NCBI GenBank assembly: GCA_002842515.1
Contig: PHDC01000002.1
Span: 190,744 to 254,743, forward strand
Source: Bacteroidetes bacterium HGW-Bacteroidetes-5
GTDB taxonomy: Bacteria > Bacteroidota > Bacteroidia > Bacteroidales > UBA932
Length of the DNA stretch: 64,000 bases
Direction: 5' to 3'
A program made the position numbers and the translations under genes. Shown here piece by piece: positions 57,764-64,000 of the stretch. A model generated the notes under the pieces. That model saw only the letters and a list, made by a program, of their open reading frames with translations. It did not search any database and was not told the DNA's origin. Position 1 is the stretch's first letter, and each line of letters begins with the position of its first letter.

Positions 57764-60385
57764 ATGAGAAAGATTTTCGTACTAAGTACCCTGATTATGT
57801 TTACCTGCGGGCTTTATGCATCTGCCAACATAAATCCGGTAAAACAAGAGAAGAAAAAGACAGAGAAAGAGATTGAGACAGCAAAAAAAGACTCTCTGGA
57901 CGCCTTCGACAAGTTATTCAAAGAGAAACACGAAACCGCCAGGGGAATGTTCACTCTTCATAAGATTAAAGAGAAGCTCTATTTCGAAATACCGATAAAG
58001 ATGATGGGTAAAGAGATGCTGATTGCCTCTTCTGTAACTGAGACCAGCGATAATGCCAACGGTATTGTCGGGGGCAAGACAGACCCGATTCATATTCTAT
58101 TCACAAAATCGGGAGAGAGTGTGCAGTTGAGAAGAGTAAACAGCGACGTTATCACAGATAATATGAGTTCCAATATTGCAAAGGCAATCAAAAAAAGCAA
58201 TATCGGCTCTATTATGAAAAATATGAAGATTGAGGCCTACTCTAAGGACAGCTCTGCTGTTATTGTAGATATGACCGGCTTTTTTGTAGGTGATAACAAA
58301 GATCTTACACCATTTGACAAATATAGCCAGTACACAATGTTTAACGGATTTAAGAGAACCGAGACTTTCCAGCAGGATAAATCCTATCTTGGAAATATCA
58401 AATCTTTTAGCGACAATATTGTGGTTACCAGTACTCTGAGCTATAATTATACTCTAACGGATGTTGCTACCAACAAAAACATTGTAAAGGATGAGCCGTT
58501 CACCTGTATTGCTTCCAGGTCAATTGTTTTGTTGAAAGAGACTCCTGTAAAACCAAGGTTTGCAGACTACAGAGTAGCGATATTCAACACCGGAAAGTAT
58601 CTCTTTGGGGAGAGAGAGCAATCTTCCAAAGTGATCTACTATGCAAACAGATGGAATCTGGAGCCGAAAGATATTGAAGCCTATAAAGCAGGTAAGCTTG
58701 TTGAGCCCGTTAATCCTATCATTTTTTATGTGGACAACAACTTTCCCGAAAAGTGGAGACCATTCATCAAAGAGGGTGTTGAGCAATGGAATGAACTTTT
58801 CGAGCAGATAGGTTTCAAAAATGCTATTCAGGCTCTGGATTTCCCTCTTAACGATCCCGAATTTGACCCGGATAACATTAAATACTCTTGTGTAAGATAT
58901 GCTCCAATAGGGATTCAGAATGCAATGGGTCCATCTTGGGTAGACCCAAGATCGGGCGAGATAATCAATGCATCTGTATATCTCTATCACGATATTATCA
59001 AGTTGTTAAATAACTGGATGTTTGTTCAGATATCTCCGGCCAATAAGAGGTTGCAGCAGAAGGGCCTCCCGGAGGATATTTTGAGTGATGGTATTCGTTA
59101 TGTTGTAGCTCACGAAGTTGGTCACTGTCTTGGTTTTATGCACAATATGAGTGCATCGAGCGTAATTCCGGTAGACTCTTTAAGATCTGCACATTTCACC
59201 AACACAACAGGTACCACAACCTCCATTATGGACTATGCCCGCTTCAACTATGTTGCGCAGCCGGGAGATATGGAGAGGGGCGTTAAGCTTACACCTCCAA
59301 GATTTGGCGAGTATGACAGGTTTATGATTAAGTGGAACTACAAGTACTATCCAAGTTTTGAAGATCCGGCAAAAGAGAGTGAATATCTATCCAATATGGT
59401 TAGTGAGGCTATTAAGACACCTGTTTACAGGTACGGTAAGCAGCTCTCCTACCCTCTTGACCCAAGATCTCAGACAGAAGACCTTGGAGATGATGCTATT
59501 AAAGCATCTGAATATGGTATCAAAAATCTTAAATATCTCATCTCAAACTACAACTCGTGGGTAGAGAAGAGTGACGAAGATTTTTCTTACAGAAGTGAAA
59601 TTTATGACGGTATTGTTTTCCAGTATATTAGGTACATTAATCACGTGTTTGCAAACGTTGGCGGAATCTATCTTAACGAAGTAAAAGTGGGCGATAAAAT
59701 GGTTCCTTTCGAGAGTGTCGAGAGGGAGAAACAGAAGGCCTCTCTGGAATTCATTATGAAGCAGATTAGTGAGCTTAGCTGGTTTGAAAATGAGACTCTC
59801 AGGAACAATCTCACTATTATGGGCTCGGCTACTAATCTGCTCCAAACCGTTCTTGCCAAAGCAGTAATCTCTGCCCCGTCAAAAGTTATGTTATCTGCAA
59901 TGAACTCAAAAAATCCTTACGATTTCTTTGAGTGTTCAGATGATGTTTTCAGTTTTGTGTGGAGAGCTGCAATGGATAAAAAAGAGCTGACTCCTATCGA
60001 TAAATTTATTCAGACAGAGTATTTGAATATGGTTTTGAGTTCGGGCAACCCTGCTAAACTGATGGGTGGAGTTGGAGCTGCCGGAGATATGTTTGATATC
60101 CTGCGTAAAGTTGACACTCAATCCAGATTCTCGAAGATGATTAATATGAGGGAAGCAATGGAGTTCACGACACAAACAGAAGAGGGTTTCTCGCCTGTTG
60201 CAGGTTATGGAGTCCCTTCTACCAAGTTTAGCATAGTTTTTAACACAGAGAGCAACCACTACAGGTATGTTGTTAAAACTAAAGAGCTGCTGGAGTCAAT
60301 GAAAAAATCAAGAGTAAGTAAAGAGGATAAAATCCATTACGAACTACTGTTGAAAAAAGTAAATTCTTCTTTTAAAGTACAATAG
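57764..60385 (+). CDS. Zinc-dependent metalloprotease (DUF5117/DUF4953-type)
   Basis: HEVGHCLGFMH (HExxHxxGxxH) at 59111-59143; SIMDY Met-turn; VDPRSGEI. Confidence 0.9.
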   Translation: MRKIFVLSTLIMFTCGLYASANINPVKQEKKKTEKEIETAKKDSLDAFDKLFKEKHETARGMFTLHKIKEKLYFEIPIKMMGKEMLIASSVTETSDNANGIVGGKTDPIHILFTKSGESVQLRRVNSDVITDNMSSNIAKAIKKSNIGSIMKNMKIEAYSKDSSAVIVDMTGFFVGDNKDLTPFDKYSQYTMFNGFKRTETFQQDKSYLGNIKSFSDNIVVTSTLSYNYTLTDVATNKNIVKDEPFTCIASRSIVLLKETPVKPRFADYRVAIFNTGKYLFGEREQSSKVIYYANRWNLEPKDIEAYKAGKLVEPVNPIIFYVDNNFPEKWRPFIKEGVEQWNELFEQIGFKNAIQALDFPLNDPEFDPDNIKYSCVRYAPIGIQNAMGPSWVDPRSGEIINASVYLYHDIIKLLNNWMFVQISPANKRLQQKGLPEDILSDGIRYVVAHEVGHCLGFMHNMSASSVIPVDSLRSAHFTNTTGTTTSIMDYARFNYVAQPGDMERGVKLTPPRFGEYDRFMIKWNYKYYPSFEDPAKESEYLSNMVSEAIKTPVYRYGKQLSYPLDPRSQTEDLGDDAIKASEYGIKNLKYLISNYNSWVEKSDEDFSYRSEIYDGIVFQYIRYINHVFANVGGIYLNEVKVGDKMVPFESVEREKQKASLEFIMKQISELSWFENETLRNNLTIMGSATNLLQTVLAKAVISAPSKVMLSAMNSKNPYDFFECSDDVFSFVWRAAMDKKELTPIDKFIQTEYLNMVLSSGNPAKLMGGVGAAGDMFDILRKVDTQSRFSKMINMREAMEFTTQTEEGFSPVAGYGVPSTKFSIVFNTESNHYRYVVKTKELLESMKKSRVSKEDKIHYELLLKKVNSSFKVQ

Positions 60386-60396
60386 CCAACACAAGA

Positions 60397-63171
60397 ATGA
60401 AAATGATAAAGAAAATATTAGTTCCGGCGCTTATCTCTTGTTGCGTTATTGTATTTAGTACCATAAGCTCAAACGCCCAAAGCACAAAAGTAAAAAGTAC
60501 AAGTACCACCCAAGCAAATAGCACGGTCAAAAAAGCAGACAGTACCGCTAAGCTTACCCCTTACCAGAAGCTTTTCAACAAGAAGAAGAGTGTGAAAACA
60601 TCTACAGGTATAATTACGCTTCATATTGTAGATGGTAAATTATATTTTGAACTTCCTGTTAAGTTAGTAGATAAGAGCTTTTTAATGAGCTCTCTGGTAG
60701 ATAATGTGAGTAATATGAGTCTAAGCTATGCGGGGCAAAGGGCAGCAAGATCTCAGCACATCTGTTTTACAAAGACAGATTCGCTGGTGCAGATACGCCT
60801 GGTACCGATTACTAAGATTGTAGATTCTCAGGATAGCGGAATTCAGGAGGCTGTGAACAGAAGTTCGTTGCCTTCTGTATTGGTATCCAAACCGATACTG
60901 GCCTTTAACGCAGATAGCAGTGCAGTCGTTTTTGACGCAACATCGTTTTTTGTCTCAGACAGCAAGTACATCGGCACCTTGAATGCCTCCTCATTTGGTG
61001 GATTTATCCAAAAGGTATCTACATTCAGTAAAGAGCTGAGCGCGCTAAAAGATGTGGAGTCCTATGAAAACAATGTTGCTGTGATAAGCGATATGACATA
61101 TACCTTCAAAACCTTCTTCCTGGGAATGGAGTCGGGTGGAGCAGAGTATGCCACAGTTGAGCTTAGAACCACTCTTACCCTTTTACCCCAGGAGAGATTC
61201 CGTCACCGTTACGGTGACTACAGGATTGGTACTTCAGTAACTGAGTTTGAGAAGTTCGACAGCAAAATTCAGGGTTCAGAGTTAAATTACCTTGCCAACA
61301 GATGGAGGCTTGAGCCTAAGGATGCAAACATATTTCAACTTGGAGGGCTGACAGAGCCGAAAAAACAGATTGTGTTTTATATAGATACTCTGTTTGTTCC
61401 TGAGTGGAGAGAGGCCATAAAGAGGGGATTGCTTAAATGGAATGATGCTTTTGAAAAAATTGGTTTTAAAGATGTTATCCTGGTATACGACTTTCCGTCA
61501 AAATCACAGGACCCTAAGTTCAGTGCGGGAAATATCGCTTACAATTGTGTGCGCTATGCGCAGACACCATCACGGAACATTGCAAGACAAATTAACATTG
61601 ACCCAAGAAGTGGTGAGATTTTAAGTGCTTCAATTCTCTTCTTTCGTGACTCTCCGGTAACCCTGCAAAGGGAGCGTATCTATCAGACCGCTGCTGTTGA
61701 GCCGGGTGTTAGGGGATATGAGCTTCCTCAAGATCTTATGTGCTCTTCCATAGAGATGGCAATGATGAGGGAGATGGGCTTTTGTCTGGGTTTGACTGCA
61801 AATCTGGCCGGATCTTCCTGGATGGATGTAGACTCTTTGAGATCTGCAACATTTACACAAAGGGAGGGGATTACCTCCTCTGTAATGGATCAAATCAGGT
61901 ATAACTATATTGCCCAACCGGGTGATATTGAGAAGGGTGTCAAGTTGGCTGCAGATAATTTGGGTGTTTACGACTACTATGCAATCAAGTGGCTCTATAA
62001 ACCTATATTTAAAGCCAAGACGCCTGCTGCCGAGGTTGCGGTTCTAAAGGAGATGATATCCGAAAAGATTAATGACCCTCGTTACTTCTATGGAAAAGAG
62101 CAAAGCTGGAGTGCATATTTTGACCCTCGCTCGGTTATTGAAGATTTGGGTAACGATAAGATTAAGGCTGCCAAATATGGGATCAACACTCTTAAATATG
62201 TGGCTGAGAATGCCGCAAAGTGGGTAAATAAAGATGAGGCAGATGAGTCCTACAGAGAGCTCTTCATAGACTTTATCTTCCTTAAACTTTACGACTACTA
62301 CAGGAGTGTAATGGTTAACATCGGTGGTATTGAGATAAACCGGAAATATGAGGGTGACCCTATGCCCTCCTATAAGGTGCTGGACCGCAAGATTCAAAAG
62401 GAGAGTCTTCTTTATATGCTTAACCAGAGTGAAGATCTTGCCTGGGTAGACAATAAAGATCTGCTTTTAATGAGTGGAATGAATCCAAACTTCTCCAGCT
62501 ATCTGGCAAACAACCTTGTCAAACTCGCTTTCCAGCGTGTGGCGATGGTTGCATTTGCGCAAAATGTGAATGCCGGGCAAAATGCTCCCGGGCAAAATGC
62601 TACAGGTCAGAATCCTGCCGGGCAAAATACTATAGGCCAAAATCCTGCCGGGCCGTATACATTAGATGAGATGTTTACAGACCTCACAGCGTTCTCTCTT
62701 AAAAATATGAACAAAGGGTTGGACCCTACTGAGGCGCAAATAGCAACTCTCTTTAACACTGCTCAATTTCTTCTCGCAAATTCGAACCTGCCTATCGTAA
62801 TAAAAGCCAAAGAGAAGAACAAGGCAGCCTTCCAGTTTGTAGAGGATAATAACTTTATCTCCTACAATAACTTAAGAGCAAAATGCTTTCCTGACGAAAA
62901 TATCTGGGAACCGGGTAATGAAAACACCTGGGAACCGGTTAACGGAACAGATAATTTTGATTTGGCAAACATAGGTTCCACAGGAGCAGGTTTTGAGCAA
63001 CTCGTCTCCCTTAAATTCCTTATAAACCGGGACTACTCCGATGTTTACTACAAACATCTATTAGAGTTGAGAGCTAAACTTAAAATCTGCCTTAAAAAAG
63101 CAAAATCCCAAAGCTCAAAAGATAGAATCGGTTACCTGATGCTCTCCATAGACAAAGGGATAGGGGAATAA
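60397..63171 (+). CDS. Metalloprotease paralogue lacking all three zinc-ligand histidines
   Basis: Same fold markers (IDPRSGEIL, SVMDQ, EDLGND) but motif reads REMGFCLGLTA at 61768-61800. Confidence 0.85.
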   Translation: MKMIKKILVPALISCCVIVFSTISSNAQSTKVKSTSTTQANSTVKKADSTAKLTPYQKLFNKKKSVKTSTGIITLHIVDGKLYFELPVKLVDKSFLMSSLVDNVSNMSLSYAGQRAARSQHICFTKTDSLVQIRLVPITKIVDSQDSGIQEAVNRSSLPSVLVSKPILAFNADSSAVVFDATSFFVSDSKYIGTLNASSFGGFIQKVSTFSKELSALKDVESYENNVAVISDMTYTFKTFFLGMESGGAEYATVELRTTLTLLPQERFRHRYGDYRIGTSVTEFEKFDSKIQGSELNYLANRWRLEPKDANIFQLGGLTEPKKQIVFYIDTLFVPEWREAIKRGLLKWNDAFEKIGFKDVILVYDFPSKSQDPKFSAGNIAYNCVRYAQTPSRNIARQINIDPRSGEILSASILFFRDSPVTLQRERIYQTAAVEPGVRGYELPQDLMCSSIEMAMMREMGFCLGLTANLAGSSWMDVDSLRSATFTQREGITSSVMDQIRYNYIAQPGDIEKGVKLAADNLGVYDYYAIKWLYKPIFKAKTPAAEVAVLKEMISEKINDPRYFYGKEQSWSAYFDPRSVIEDLGNDKIKAAKYGINTLKYVAENAAKWVNKDEADESYRELFIDFIFLKLYDYYRSVMVNIGGIEINRKYEGDPMPSYKVLDRKIQKESLLYMLNQSEDLAWVDNKDLLLMSGMNPNFSSYLANNLVKLAFQRVAMVAFAQNVNAGQNAPGQNATGQNPAGQNTIGQNPAGPYTLDEMFTDLTAFSLKNMNKGLDPTEAQIATLFNTAQFLLANSNLPIVIKAKEKNKAAFQFVEDNNFISYNNLRAKCFPDENIWEPGNENTWEPVNGTDNFDLANIGSTGAGFEQLVSLKFLINRDYSDVYYKHLLELRAKLKICLKKAKSQSSKDRIGYLMLSIDKGIGE

Positions 63172-63205
63172 CCTTGCCAAGGGTCGTGGGGCATTGTTGA
63201 TAATC
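63169..63205 (+). repeat. Family-A element on the stop codon
   Basis: TAACCTTGCCAAGGGTCGTGGGGCATTGTTGATAATC. Confidence 0.85.
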
Positions 63206-63237
63206 TGTGACTTAGCTATATAATGGTTATGTAGCTT

Positions 63238-63276
63238 GGCTCGGCAAGTGGTTAGACTTGCCGGGCCTATTTTTTT
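63238..63276 (+). terminator. Intrinsic terminator after the second SusC locus
   Basis: GGCTCGGCAAGT-GGTTAG-ACTTGCCGGGCC followed by TATTTTTTT. Confidence 0.75.
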
Positions 63277-63301
63277 CACTAAATTTGAAAAAACTTTACC
63301 T

Positions 63302-64000
63302 ATGAAAAAGATCACAAACATTTGCTGCATTGGTGCCGGCTACGTAGGTGGCCCAACAATGGCGGTAATCGCTTCCAACTGTCCGGAGATAAAGGTTACA
63401 GTTGTTGATGTTAATACTCAGAGAATTGCAGATTGGAATGGTGCAGACCTGGAGAATCTTCCCATTTACGAGCCCGGGCTCAAGGAGATTGTCTCTGCGG
63501 TAAGAGGCAAAAACCTCTTCTTTTCAACTGATATTGAGGAGGGCATCAAACAGGCGCAAATGATTTTCATATCGGTTAACACACCTACAAAAACCTACGG
63601 CAAGGGCAAGGGAATGGCGGCAGACCTAAAATATATAGAGCTATGTGCAAGGCAGATAGCATCTGTAGCCGATGAGGAGAAGATTATTGTGGAGAAGAGT
63701 ACAATCCCGGTGCGTACTGCACAGACTATCAAGACTATTCTGGAAAATACAGGCAATAAAATCAAGTTCCAGATTCTCTCTAACCCGGAGTTTCTGGCAG
63801 AGGGAACTGCTATTAACGATCTGCAAAATGCAGACAGGATGCTCATTGGCGGCGACCACTCTACCGAGGAGGGTCGTAAAGCGATTGATTCGCTTGCGGC
63901 CATCTATGAGAGGTGGCTCCCTGCAGAGAGAATCATCAAGACAAATCTTTGGTCAAGTGAACTCTCTAAACTTACCGCAAACGCTTTTCTGGCCCAGAGG
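63302..64000 (+). CDS. ugd: UDP-glucose 6-dehydrogenase, 3' end outside window
   Basis: Missing from the ORF track. [58 protein letters not shown]. Confidence 0.95.
   Translation, partial: MKKITNICCIGAGYVGGPTMAVIASNCPEIKVTVVDVNTQRIADWNGADLENLPIYEPGLKEIVSAVRGKNLFFSTDIEEGIKQAQMIFISVNTPTKTYGKGKGMAADLKYIELCARQIASVADEEKIIVEKSTIPVRTAQTIKTILENTGNKIKFQILSNPEFLAEGTAINDLQNADRMLIGGDHSTEEGRKAIDSLAAIYERWLPAERIIKTNLWSSELSKLTANAFLAQR

Noticed and set aside
2999-63903. Numerous antisense or alternate-frame ORFs of 60-200 aa inside long genes
   Set aside because: Shadow ORFs of well-supported genes; no independent motif or start context.
1-64000. tRNA, rRNA, autonomous IS or prophage genes
   Set aside because: No cloverleaf/CCA pattern, rRNA signature, or DDE/HUH/tyrosine/serine recombinase or phage structural motif was recognised by eye; tRNAscan-SE and ISEScan would be decisive.

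Overview
Bacteroidota (Bacteroidales-like) chromosomal window with about 50 genes. No rRNA, tRNA, CRISPR array, transposase, integrase or reverse transcriptase was seen. Left to right: (1) an AT-rich minus-strand phosphohydrolase cluster of dual-specificity phosphatase, HAD hydrolase (one-base frameshift in an A8 tract), small protein and SAMHD1-like HD dNTPase that runs off the window; (2) a truncated DegT fragment; (3) a toxin-antitoxin-SecB-like chaperone (TAC) triad between 172-bp direct repeats; (4) mosaic and intact AAA ATPase genes; (5) a decayed and an intact fimbrillin-type gene, with an unannotated 46-aa YxxP peptide gene upstream and a PqqD/nucleotidyltransferase/ABC/kinase/S26-peptidase cassette downstream (RiPP-like, no lasso cyclase); (6) HigBA and a GAF histidine kinase; (7) a TonB receptor plus TM1266-type regulator divergent from a NitT/TauT ABC system; (8) two ECF sigma/FecR/SusC/SusD/DUF4843/PKD loci, the second followed by an intact and a zinc-ligand-less metalloprotease pair; (9) an LruC-FISUMP fusion, an ECF/beta-barrel pair, an FKBP and the start of ugd. 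Intergenic DNA carries at least five families of TGCCA-cored inverted-repeat elements (REP/MITE-like) and arrays of GNA-triloop mini-hairpins. Local G/T versus C/A strand skew flips inside genes, and several gene ends are locally duplicated. Family assignments come from motif recognition only; no database searches were run.
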